A model generated the notes under the pieces. It was not told the DNA's origin. It ran no database searches and was given only the letters and a program-made list of their open reading frames with translations. Positions 54,099 to 62,686 of a stretch of 64,000 nucleotides of DNA are shown here, piece by piece; the stretch's first letter is position 1; each line of letters opens with the position of its first letter. The DNA is from an uncultured Microthrixaceae bacterium (GTDB taxonomy: Bacteria > Actinomycetota > Acidimicrobiia > Acidimicrobiales > VFJN01). Made by a program: the position numbers and the translations under genes. The stretch spans positions 12,184-76,183 of the forward strand of contig CAWJWI010000006.1 of the NCBI GenBank assembly GCA_963846555.1, read 5' to 3'.

Positions 54099-54218
54099 TC
54101 AGCTCCACTCGCTCTCGGGGCTGGCCAGGAACGAGTCGTCATCGTCATCGCAGTCGTCGTCGACCTGCCAGTCGAGGCTCTCGTCGAACAGGCTGAGGCA
54201 GTCGAGCAGGGGCCGCAT
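54099..54218 (-). CDS. Small acidic peptide (39 aa), below the ORF track cut-off
   Basis: Hand translation MRPLLDCLSLFDESLDWQVDDDCDDDDDSFLASPESEWS*; GGAG before ATG; nearly all codons end in G/C. Confidence 0.5.
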   Translation of the reverse strand: MRPLLDCLSLFDESLDWQVDDDCDDDDDSFLASPESEWS

Positions 54219-54303
54219 GGCTCCAGGTTTCCCCCATTCGGAGGTGCTCAGACAGTGACATCGGTGACACCACCCCCGCCTTCCATGCGCCGGTCAAGTC
54301 GGT

Positions 54304-55503
54304 CTATGGCACAGCCAGGGCGACGATGGCGATGTCGTCGCGGGCGTCGCCTTCCTGGAACGCCAGCACGTCGGCAAGCACAGCGTCGGCCATGTGGGCC
54401 GCTGAGGCGAAGGGTCGAGCCGCCGCTGCGCTCAGGCGCTCGTCCCCGTACATATCGTCGCCCCGACGGCCCTCGGTCACCCCGTCGGTGTAGATGAGCA
54501 CGCGATCGCCCGTTCGGAGGAGCAGCTCGGTGTCGGCGAGATGGACCGGGCTGAAGATGCCGAGAAGCGCTCCGGGCGGGGCCATGGGAGTGGGCTCGAC
54601 ACCAGGAGGGCACAGCAGCGGTGGTGGGTGCCCGCCCCGGCAGACCGTCGCCGCCCATCCCGACTCCACGGAGCGCAGGCGGAGCAGGGCCACTGTGCAG
54701 AAGCGGTCGGTGTCGGACTGGACGAGCACCTCGTTGAGGGTCGTGAGGATGGCGGCTGGCGAGCGCTCGTTCACGGCCGCGGCGCGGATGGTGTGCCGGG
54801 CCAGTGCGGTGACGACTGCAGCCTCTACGCCCTTGCCGCAGACGTCACCGACGACGACCACCCAGTCCCCGGCGCCGATCTCGAACATGTCGTAGAAGTC
54901 CCCACCCACGTCCTCGCCCCCGCCGGCGGGCCGATAGGCGGCGCCGACGTCGAGACCGGGGATCTCGGGTGGCGCAGGGGGCATGAGCGTCTTCTGGAGG
55001 GTGCGGGCCAGAGCGGTGGCGCGCGACTCGGACGCCTCGGCCCGCTCCTTGGCGAGGAGCAGCTCCCGTTCGTAGCTCCGACGGGCGGTGGCGTCGAAGA
55101 CGGCCGTGCGCACGACGACCGGCACGCCGTTGGGGTCGCGCTCGAGCACCGAGTTCACGAGCACCGGCAGCCGTGAGCCGTCGGCCTGGACCAGGTCTAG
55201 GGCGATCTCTCGGGCCGTCCCCTGCATGCGCAGCATCGGGGCGTAGTGCGTCTCGTGGAAGATCTGCCCCCCCGGCGAGAGGAGCTCTGAGAACGTGCGC
55301 TGGCCGACGAGGTCGGCCCGCGAAAACCCGGTCAAGGTGAGGAACGTCTGGTTGACCTTCACGATCGTGCCCTCGGGCGTCGTGGACAGGTACCCGCATG
55401 GGGCCCGCTCGTAGAGAGCGTCCGGGTCGTCGTCGAGGAGGGCGGAGTAGAACGCCTCGACCGCTTCGTCACCACCCACGTCGGGCACCGGTGGCTCAGG
55501 CAC
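54304..55503 (-). CDS. PAS + PP2C (SpoIIE) phosphatase, RsbP-like
   Basis: APCGYLST, IFHETHYAPML, VGGDFYD, GDVCGKG, YTDGVTE, RDDIA. Confidence 0.9.
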   Translation of the reverse strand: MPEPPVPDVGGDEAVEAFYSALLDDDPDALYERAPCGYLSTTPEGTIVKVNQTFLTLTGFSRADLVGQRTFSELLSPGGQIFHETHYAPMLRMQGTAREIALDLVQADGSRLPVLVNSVLERDPNGVPVVVRTAVFDATARRSYERELLLAKERAEASESRATALARTLQKTLMPPAPPEIPGLDVGAAYRPAGGGEDVGGDFYDMFEIGAGDWVVVVGDVCGKGVEAAVVTALARHTIRAAAVNERSPAAILTTLNEVLVQSDTDRFCTVALLRLRSVESGWAATVCRGGHPPPLLCPPGVEPTPMAPPGALLGIFSPVHLADTELLLRTGDRVLIYTDGVTEGRRGDDMYGDERLSAAAARPFASAAHMADAVLADVLAFQEGDARDDIAIVALAVP

Positions 55504-56293
55504 GCACGAACGCGTCTATGGCGGCTGTGGTCTCGTCGGGCGCGCTGAGGTTCGGGCAGTGACCGGTGGCCTCGAGGAGCACGTAGGCCGCGTCGGGGAG
55601 GGAGTCGCGCACGTACTCGCCCACGGCCACGGGCGCGATCACGTCGTTGGAGCACTGCAGCACGAGCGTCGGCGTCGTCACCCTGGCCAGGTCTTCCCGG
55701 TTGTCCGACAGGAACGTGGCCCTGGCGAAGCGGCGGGCGATCTCGGGGTCGCTGCGGCAGAAGCTCTCCGTCAGCTCCTGGCCCAGCGCCGGTCGGTCGG
55801 CGTTGCCCATGATCACGGGGGCCATGGCGCTCGACCATCCGAGGTAGTTGCTGGCCAACGAGTCGAGCAGACCCTCGATGTCGGCTTCGGCAAAGCCTCC
55901 GACGTACCCGTCGTCGTCTATGTAGCGGGGTGAGGGACCGACGAACACGAGCTTGGCGAACAGGTCCGGGGCTTCGATCGACGCCAGAGCGCCGATCATG
56001 GAGGAGACGGAGTGACCCACGAAGATGACGTCGCGGAGGTCGAGCTCGCGGCACAGCTCGACGACGTCGGCCGCGTAGCCGGACAACGACGAGTAGCGCT
56101 CGGGGTCGTAGGCCGATGAGTCGGACCCACCGGCCCCCACATGATCGAAGAGGACGACGCGGAAGTCGTCCTCGAAGTGGGGGGCGACGAAGCGCCACAT
56201 GGCTTGGTCGCAGCCGAAGCCGTGGGCGAACACGATGGGCTGGCCATCGGGCTGACCGGTGAAGTTGACGTTGTGCCGCTCGAGAGCTCCCAT
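55496..56293 (-). CDS. rsbQ: RsbQ-like alpha/beta hydrolase
   Basis: AHGFGCDQAMWR, GHSVSSMIG, PSPRYIDD, GHCPNLSAP; coupled to the RsbP-like gene. Confidence 0.88.
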   Translation of the reverse strand: MGALERHNVNFTGQPDGQPIVFAHGFGCDQAMWRFVAPHFEDDFRVVLFDHVGAGGSDSSAYDPERYSSLSGYAADVVELCRELDLRDVIFVGHSVSSMIGALASIEAPDLFAKLVFVGPSPRYIDDDGYVGGFAEADIEGLLDSLASNYLGWSSAMAPVIMGNADRPALGQELTESFCRSDPEIARRFARATFLSDNREDLARVTTPTLVLQCSNDVIAPVAVGEYVRDSLPDAAYVLLEATGHCPNLSAPDETTAAIDAFVRA

Positions 56294-56362
56294 GGTGGCG
56301 CGAGGGTATCGGTGCGTCCGCTCTCGTGGTGGGTTCGCACCTCCACCTGCCAGAGTCGTGGC

Positions 56363-57130
56363 ATGTCCGAACCCGAGATCGTCCACCTGGCCGTCGCCCG
56401 GGGCGTGGCCACGATCACCCTCGACTCGCCCGCCAACCGCAACGCCCTCTCGGCCCAGCTCGTGAGCGAGCTCGGCGAGCAGCTGGCTGCGGCCGGTTCG
56501 GACCCCGGGGTGCGGGCCATCGTCCTGACGCACACGTCCTCCACCTTCTGCGCGGGGGCCGACCTGCGCGAGGCTGCCGGCGAGGGCGGGCCGTCCATGG
56601 GCACCAGCCGCCTCGTGGACCTGCTCCGCCAGGTGCTCGAGCTGCCGAAGCCGGTGGTTGCCCTCGTGGAGGGCAACGTGCGAGCTGGCGGCCTCGGTCT
56701 GCTGGCCGCTTGTGATCTGGCGATCGTCGGTGCTTCCTCCAGCTTCGCGTTCACCGAGGCCCGTCTCGGCCTCGCCCCCGCCATCATCTCCATCACCGTC
56801 CTCCCCCGGCTCACCGACCGGGCCGCGTCCCGGTACTTCCTGACCGGAGAGCGGTTCGACGCGGCCGAGGCGGCCCGCATCGGCCTCGTCACGGAGGCGG
56901 CCGAAGACCCGCACGCTGCGCTGGAAGTCGTGCTCGACGCGTTCCGGGCCTGCTCCCCCCAGGGCCTGGCCGAGACGAAGGTGCTCACGACCCGCGCCGT
57001 GCTGGCCGACCTGACCGCGTCGGCCGACTCGCTGAGCGAGCAGTCGGCCCGACTGTTCGCCTCGGCCGAGGCTCAGGAGGGCATCGCCAGCTTCGTCGAG
57101 CGCCGACCGCCGAGCTGGGCCGTGCTCTGA
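56363..57130 (+). CDS. Enoyl-CoA hydratase family protein
   Basis: LDSPANRNALS, FCAGADL, AFTEARLGLAPA. Confidence 0.9.
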   Translation: MSEPEIVHLAVARGVATITLDSPANRNALSAQLVSELGEQLAAAGSDPGVRAIVLTHTSSTFCAGADLREAAGEGGPSMGTSRLVDLLRQVLELPKPVVALVEGNVRAGGLGLLAACDLAIVGASSSFAFTEARLGLAPAIISITVLPRLTDRAASRYFLTGERFDAAEAARIGLVTEAAEDPHAALEVVLDAFRACSPQGLAETKVLTTRAVLADLTASADSLSEQSARLFASAEAQEGIASFVERRPPSWAVL

Positions 57131-57231
57131 GCGCGGTCTCGATCCGTCTTCTGTCCTAGCGTCGGGGCGACACGGAGCCCGGTGGTGGTCAGGGAGTCCT
57201 GACAGCTCCGCCACTCCGAGCAAGGGGACCG

Positions 57232-58443
57232 ATGCCGACGTCAGTGCACGATCTGGACCTGCCGGAGCTCGACGTGTTCGACCTGGACCGCGCTGCGGCC
57301 GTCGAGGCCTTCGAAGCCGCGGCCGGGCAGCACTGGCTGGCCCGCATGCCCCTCGGCTACGCCGTGACGCGCCACGACGACGTCGTCGCCATCCTGCGAG
57401 AGCGTCGCTTCCACTCCGCCATCGGCCTCCTGCCCCAGCTGGCCGGGGTCGACGGCCCGATGCAGGAGCGCCAGCAGAGGTCGATCCTCGGGCTGGAAGG
57501 GGCCGAGCACACCCGGCTGCGCCGCCTTGCGTCGCCCACGTTCACGCCAAAGGCCACCGACCGGCTGCGGCCGTTCATGCGCGAGGTGATCGACGGCCTG
57601 GTCGACGGCATCACGGCGAAGGGCACATGCGAGCTGGTGTCGGACGTCTGCGAGCCGTACCCCATCCCGATCATCTGCGAGCTGCTCGGCGCGCCAAAGG
57701 AGGACTGGAAGCTCTTCTCGGCCTGGGCCACGGACATCTTCCGGATCTTCAACAACGACCTCGTCAACGACCGGGGCGCCATCGAGCAGGCGGCCGGAGA
57801 GCTCGATGCCTACGTGCAGGCCATGATCGACGAACGTCGCAGCAGCCCGTCGGATGACCTCCTCAGTCGCCTCATCGCAGCCGAGGAGGAGGGCGACCGC
57901 CTCTCGACCAGCGAGCTGGTGATGATGACCGAGGCTGTGCTCATGGCGGGCACGGACACGACCCGGAACCAGCTGGCGTGCTCGGTGGCCATGCTCGTGC
58001 AGCACCCTGAGCAGTGGGCCCAGCTGGCGGCCCAGCCCGACCTGGCCTCGGGCGCGGTCGAGGAGACGATGCGGCATCTGGGTGCCGTGCGGGGGACGGC
58101 CCGGCTGGCCAGCGAGGACATCGAGTACCGCGACGTGAGGTTCCCCACGGGCACCCTCGTGGTCCTGAGCCTGGCCGCAGCCAACCTGGATCCAGGGGTC
58201 TGGCCCGACCCCCACCTCTTCGACATCGGCCGTGAGCCCGGCTCTGGGCCCCAGCTCACGTTCGGGTCGGGGATCCACTACTGCATGGGAGCGTCGCTCG
58301 CCCGGGCCGAGCTCCAGGAGGCGCTCGGCGTGCTTGCCCGTCGCCTGCCCGACCTACGACTGGACGGGCCGATCGAGTGGAAGCCGGCGACCATGGGCAT
58401 CTGGGGGCCGACCAAGCTGCCCCTCCGCTTCACGCCGACCTGA
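57232..58443 (+). CDS. Cytochrome P450
   Basis: AGTDTT, EETMR, FGSGIHYCMG. Confidence 0.95.
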   Translation: MPTSVHDLDLPELDVFDLDRAAAVEAFEAAAGQHWLARMPLGYAVTRHDDVVAILRERRFHSAIGLLPQLAGVDGPMQERQQRSILGLEGAEHTRLRRLASPTFTPKATDRLRPFMREVIDGLVDGITAKGTCELVSDVCEPYPIPIICELLGAPKEDWKLFSAWATDIFRIFNNDLVNDRGAIEQAAGELDAYVQAMIDERRSSPSDDLLSRLIAAEEEGDRLSTSELVMMTEAVLMAGTDTTRNQLACSVAMLVQHPEQWAQLAAQPDLASGAVEETMRHLGAVRGTARLASEDIEYRDVRFPTGTLVVLSLAAANLDPGVWPDPHLFDIGREPGSGPQLTFGSGIHYCMGASLARAELQEALGVLARRLPDLRLDGPIEWKPATMGIWGPTKLPLRFTPT

Positions 58444-58590
58444 GCTCGGCAGCAGGGGGGGGTGGAAGGTAGGTGACCCTGCTTTCCTGACGTGTCGTGG
58501 AGCTCGTCCGCTGACGGAGGCTCACTGCCCGCAGGCCCCGCGTAGTGGGACACCTTGTCGTCACTTCGGCAGTTGCGCCAGCGCCAGCTG

Positions 58591-58857
58591 CTACTTGCCG
58601 GTGCGCTCACGATGCTTGCAGCCCGGCCAGCAGCACGGTCGCCGCTGGCCTTCCTCCAACTCCTCCTTGGTCCGACGGAGTCGCCGCGCTCGAGTCTTCT
58701 CCTGCTTGGCATCCTCGACCCAGCAGATGAACTCGTTGCGGGCCAGAGGAGTGATGTCCTTCCAGGCATCGAGCGCCGTGGGGTTGCCAATCAGCGTTTC
58801 GCGAAGGTCCCTCGGAAGCTTGTGCACCACCCCGCCGGGTACTTGCTGGCTGCTCAT
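58591..58857 (-). CDS. YdeI/OmpD-associated family protein
   Basis: TPLARNEFICWVEDAKQEKTRARR..RRPCCWPGC. Confidence 0.88.
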   Translation of the reverse strand: MSSQQVPGGVVHKLPRDLRETLIGNPTALDAWKDITPLARNEFICWVEDAKQEKTRARRLRRTKEELEEGQRRPCCWPGCKHRERTGK

Positions 58858-58996
58858 CGGACCACAGTAGTGGTCGTGCGAGCCCATCCCTCGGGTGCTG
58901 ACTCACGAGCGCGAAGCCCTCGAGCCGGCGTTGTGGGACAGTGCGGTCACACCTCGTAGAAGCCTTCGCCTCGGGCAGCGGGCCGGCTGACGTGAG

Positions 58997-59362
58997 TCAG
59001 TCAGATCCGATGACGCAGAACTCGTTGCCTGCTGGATCCAGGAGCACGCGAGTGGTCCACTCGCCTGCCTCGGTCCGTGACACCGATGAGGCTCCCGCGA
59101 CCAGCATCTCGTCGACGAGGGGGCGCGCATGATCGACGAAGAGATCGAGATGAAGCCGAGTCTTTCCCTCCTTCGGTTCGGGGACGGTCTGAAAGGTCAC
59201 GAACGGAGGTCCGTCCGCGCCGTCGTCGCGTCGCTCGATCGTCTCGTAAGTGCTTCCGGGTGCCCCGGGACGTCGCGTGTATCCGAGGAAGCGCTCCCAG
59301 AACGCGGCCAGCTGCGCCGCGTCAGCGCAGTCCATGGTGACTCCAACCTGTCGTGGCGTCAT
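58997..59362 (-). CDS. VOC family protein
   Basis: DCADAAQLAAFW, KTRLHLDL, LDPAGNEFCV. Confidence 0.88.
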   Translation of the reverse strand: MTPRQVGVTMDCADAAQLAAFWERFLGYTRRPGAPGSTYETIERRDDGADGPPFVTFQTVPEPKEGKTRLHLDLFVDHARPLVDEMLVAGASSVSRTEAGEWTTRVLLDPAGNEFCVIGSD

Positions 59363-59536
59363 GCATCTCCTGAATGGTCTCGTCCTCGGTGCGCCGCACG
59401 TGACGCTAGAGAAGCGCCTCGACACGGTTTGCAGGATTTTGACGGACCCTGATCGACGGGGTCGTGACGGGGAGGGAGCTCCACCCCGGACACCCGCGAG
59501 CGCGCGTCCTGCTGTCGTTCTGACGGGAGCCGCGGT

Positions 59537-60313
59537 TCAGCCGGTCTGGATGTCGTCGCCCTCCTGGACTTCGACGAAGCTGTCGGCGGCGCGATGGTCC
59601 TCAGGAATTGCGTCGAGGAGCCCTTGGCACGATCCGTAGTCGTCCTCCCCCTCGAACCAGACGTTGACGCGGTCGGGGTCACCCTCCCGGATGAGCACTG
59701 CCATCAGCTCGCCGACGCCCGAAGGATTGTCGCGCGACGGTGTGGTCACCTCGCCGCCGAGGATCACGAGACCGTCGGTGTCGGTGTCTGCGCACTCGAA
59801 CGCGACCACGATCTCGTTGAACCGAGCTTCGCCGGTTACCTCGCCATCCTCTTCCTCGGCGGTGATGTCCATACTGTTCTCGGCGAGGCCTTGGCTCCCG
59901 ACGAACTCCACGTCGCCCTTCGCGAGTGTCGTCGGGCCGTCGTCGCTGCACGCGCCGAGCAGCATGATGGCGGTCGCTGCGCTGGCGACGGGGGCGGTGA
60001 ACTTCTTGCTCATCTGTCCTCCTGAAGTGATGGTTCGGCGTTGGCTGGTGGTCGGGCACTCGGTGGTCTGCGGCTGATTGACGGTGTCGACCGGCTCCGG
60101 GTCGTTTGCGAGGCTGGCGGCCAGCAGGACGACTGCGAGCAGGCAGGCCGCGATCGCGAGGAGGCGGATGGTGGGCGGGCGCGAGCGGCGAGGCATGCGC
60201 TGCAGGGCAGCCTCCGTGTTCGCGCGCTCGTTGACCTCTGTGGCGAAGGCGCGCAGGCGGCCGCGGATCTCGTCGTCGGTCTCGGGGGGGAGGGTGTCGT
60301 CGTGATCGCTCAT
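59537..60313 (-). CDS. Putative anti-sigma membrane protein with in-frame internal lipoprotein start at 60013
   Basis: ATGA coupling to the sigma gene; TM helix; internal AGGAGGA-cag-ATG then MSKKF..MLLGAC lipobox. Confidence 0.7.
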   Translation of the reverse strand: MSDHDDTLPPETDDEIRGRLRAFATEVNERANTEAALQRMPRRSRPPTIRLLAIAACLLAVVLLAASLANDPEPVDTVNQPQTTECPTTSQRRTITSGGQMSKKFTAPVASAATAIMLLGACSDDGPTTLAKGDVEFVGSQGLAENSMDITAEEEDGEVTGEARFNEIVVAFECADTDTDGLVILGGEVTTPSRDNPSGVGELMAVLIREGDPDRVNVWFEGEDDYGSCQGLLDAIPEDHRAADSFVEVQEGDDIQTG

Positions 60314-60840
60314 CGTGCGGCTCCGAGGTGCTGGGCGAGCGCTTGGCGGCCTCGATGTAGGTGGACGCGTGCGGTGGACTCGGAGCAGCCGAGGAGGTCG
60401 GCGATCTCCGGGGTCGAACGGTCCTCCAGGTAGTGCAGGGCGACCGCGCCTCGCTGGTGGGGAGACAGGGCACGGAGCGCATCGAGGAGGTCCGGGTCGA
60501 GTCCCTGAGGTTGCTCGGCGGGTTCGCGCCGCTCCCCCCATGCGAGGCGCGTCCTCGCTTCCCGGGCCACGCGGCGTCGACTGTTGATGGAGAGGTTGAT
60601 GGTGACGCGCCTCACCCATGTCCCTGGCTTGTCGAAGGCGCCGATCCGGTCCCAGTGCTGGCGGGCACGGACCATGGCTTCCTGGGCCAGATCCTCGGCC
60701 GTGTGGGGGGAACCCGAGACGGCAGCCGCTAGGGCCACCATCGCCCGGTACTCCCTGCGAAAGAAGTCCTCGAACGCCGCGGAGCGCAGCTCCACCAGGG
60801 TCGCCTCGTCAGGGGCGGACGGCTCCTCGAGCACCGACAT
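60310..60840 (-). CDS. ECF (SigE-family) sigma factor
   Basis: AEDLAQEAM, WVRRVTIN, LHYLEDRSTPEIADLLGCSESTARVHLHRGR. Confidence 0.92.
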   Translation of the reverse strand: MSVLEEPSAPDEATLVELRSAAFEDFFRREYRAMVALAAAVSGSPHTAEDLAQEAMVRARQHWDRIGAFDKPGTWVRRVTINLSINSRRRVAREARTRLAWGERREPAEQPQGLDPDLLDALRALSPHQRGAVALHYLEDRSTPEIADLLGCSESTARVHLHRGRQALAQHLGAAR

Positions 60841-61120
60841 ACCTCCCACACCCCGGCCGACCCGCAAACGTTTACACACCGATGGTCGCCGCCTCGGTGG
60901 TGCCGGTGGTGCCGCGGCGGACCCGTCGCAGCCTGAGGCTGGCCGGAACGGAACCCATTGCCTCGCCGGGCCGCGCAGTCACCCGCAAGCCGGCTTGGCG
61001 GCACCGATCGCTCCGCTCTGCCGCCGGCGCGCCCTCGCCTGCCACCCGCGTCCCATAGGTTCCGTTCAGCTCCACGAGCCTCCACGAGCCGGCGCCATGG
61101 GACGCGGCTACGTTCGCCGT

Positions 61121-61540
61121 ATGGGTGCATGGGGCGAAGGTCCATTCGACAACGACGATGCCGGCGACTGGGCCTACGGCTTTGATGGCGTCGACGAAGC
61201 GACGGGCCTCCGGCTTCTCGCTGACGCGCTCGAACTCGGCGATGCCGACACGTACATCGAGGCGCCGGAAGGAACGACTGCCGTAGCGGCAGCGGCCGTC
61301 GTCTCGTGGCTCAATGACCCTGCAGCTATTCCGGACTCGCCGTACGGCGAGGATGCTGCCGTGTGGGTTCGGACTGCGAGGCCGACCCCCAACGTCCCGC
61401 TCAATGATGCTGCCCTCGCTGCCCTCGATCGTGTGCGGTCCAACCAATCGGAACTTGCCGAGCTTTGGGCCGAGAGCGACGACGTGGCGTGGAGCCGCTC
61501 CCTCATCGAGATCGAGAGCCGTCTGCGAGCTCACGGCTGA
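61121..61540 (+). CDS. DUF4259 family protein
   Basis: MGAWGEGPFDNDDAGDW..SELAELW. Confidence 0.88.
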   Translation: MGAWGEGPFDNDDAGDWAYGFDGVDEATGLRLLADALELGDADTYIEAPEGTTAVAAAAVVSWLNDPAAIPDSPYGEDAAVWVRTARPTPNVPLNDAALAALDRVRSNQSELAELWAESDDVAWSRSLIEIESRLRAHG

Positions 61541-61571
61541 GTAGCTGACCCAGCGTTATGGGATGGTCCTT

Positions 61572-61961
61572 TCAGCGTCGCCTGTGGCCGAGACGACGGT
61601 GAGCAATTGGAACTGCGACACCGAGCACCGCCTCAGTGACAAGCAGCCCTTGGTGGAACCGGCTGGGACGGCCGGCCGACTGCCACGAAAGGATCCGGCC
61701 AGCAGCTCCGCCGAGCAGAGCTCCGGATGTGACTCGGATGACCTCAGTCGATCGTTCCGGCCTTGCAGCGGCGTTCCACAGGAGTGCGCCGGCAGCGACG
61801 TACCACGCGGCGTAGAAGCGGAATTCGCTGTCCACGTTTGGCGCGACTGTGCCGGCGCCAGGCACGCCACGTGTACCGCGCACTAGTGCGTCAGCACCGG
61901 CGACGGTCGCCACCAGCGACATGGCTCGAAGTAGCAACTGAAATCGATCCTGCCTCACCAC
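61572..61961 (-). CDS. DUF4345-like membrane protein
   Basis: VDSEFRFYAAWY, GGAAGRILSW. Confidence 0.75.
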   Translation of the reverse strand: MVRQDRFQLLLRAMSLVATVAGADALVRGTRGVPGAGTVAPNVDSEFRFYAAWYVAAGALLWNAAARPERSTEVIRVTSGALLGGAAGRILSWQSAGRPSRFHQGLLVTEAVLGVAVPIAHRRLGHRRR

Positions 61962-62098
61962 GCCAGCGTTGCCGACGAGGAGCCGTAGCTGGCGGATGAA
62001 GGGACCCGGAGCCGGCGTTATAGGACGCCCCTGACTGATACCGATCCGGGGGCGTCACCGGAGCGGGGGCGGCAATCCAGATCGGGCATGATGCGCGC

Positions 62099-62686
62099 AT
62101 GGGGCTGACCATGGGACGGCGAGCGGCTGGGCTGGTTGCTGCTCTGGCTCTCGCTGTAGTGGCTTGGACGGGCGTCGTGTTGACGTGGCGTTACCGCCCA
62201 GACGGTGGCGTCCCGCTATCCGAGCTGTCGGCGCCACTTCAGTGGTCTCGTCGATTGGTGGATTGGCATGAGGTGTCGCTCTCCCTGGCGGCAGTGGCCT
62301 TGCTGATCTGGTGCGGGCTGTCGATTGCGGACCGGACGTGGCCTTCGCAACGGCCTGGAGTCGTGGTCGGCTCGACGCTCGCGACGATTGCGTTGGTCGC
62401 TTCGACCGCGGTGGCGTGGAATCGAGTGCGCTGGCAGCAACTGGCGCTCTGGGCGGTCGTGGTCGGCGACAACATCAGTGGCCTCTGGTACGCAGCCTTC
62501 TCCGACCAGGTCCGATTCGTGTTCGTCGACGGGTCCGGCGAGGTGCCCCCGTCGGACCTCGCGCCTTGGGTCGTGCTGCATCTCGCGGCGCCATTCGTCG
62601 CTCTGGCGACGCTTGCCCTGGGATGGCTGGCCGGTCGGCCCTCACGCGGTTCGGCGGTGATCGCCGCGACCGATCAGCGGCCTTGA
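62099..62686 (+). CDS. Membrane protein resembling a cytochrome b N-terminal domain
   Basis: YRP..DWHE, WQQLALWAVVVG, WVVLHL; four TMs. Confidence 0.65.
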   Translation: MGLTMGRRAAGLVAALALAVVAWTGVVLTWRYRPDGGVPLSELSAPLQWSRRLVDWHEVSLSLAAVALLIWCGLSIADRTWPSQRPGVVVGSTLATIALVASTAVAWNRVRWQQLALWAVVVGDNISGLWYAAFSDQVRFVFVDGSGEVPPSDLAPWVVLHLAAPFVALATLALGWLAGRPSRGSAVIAATDQRP

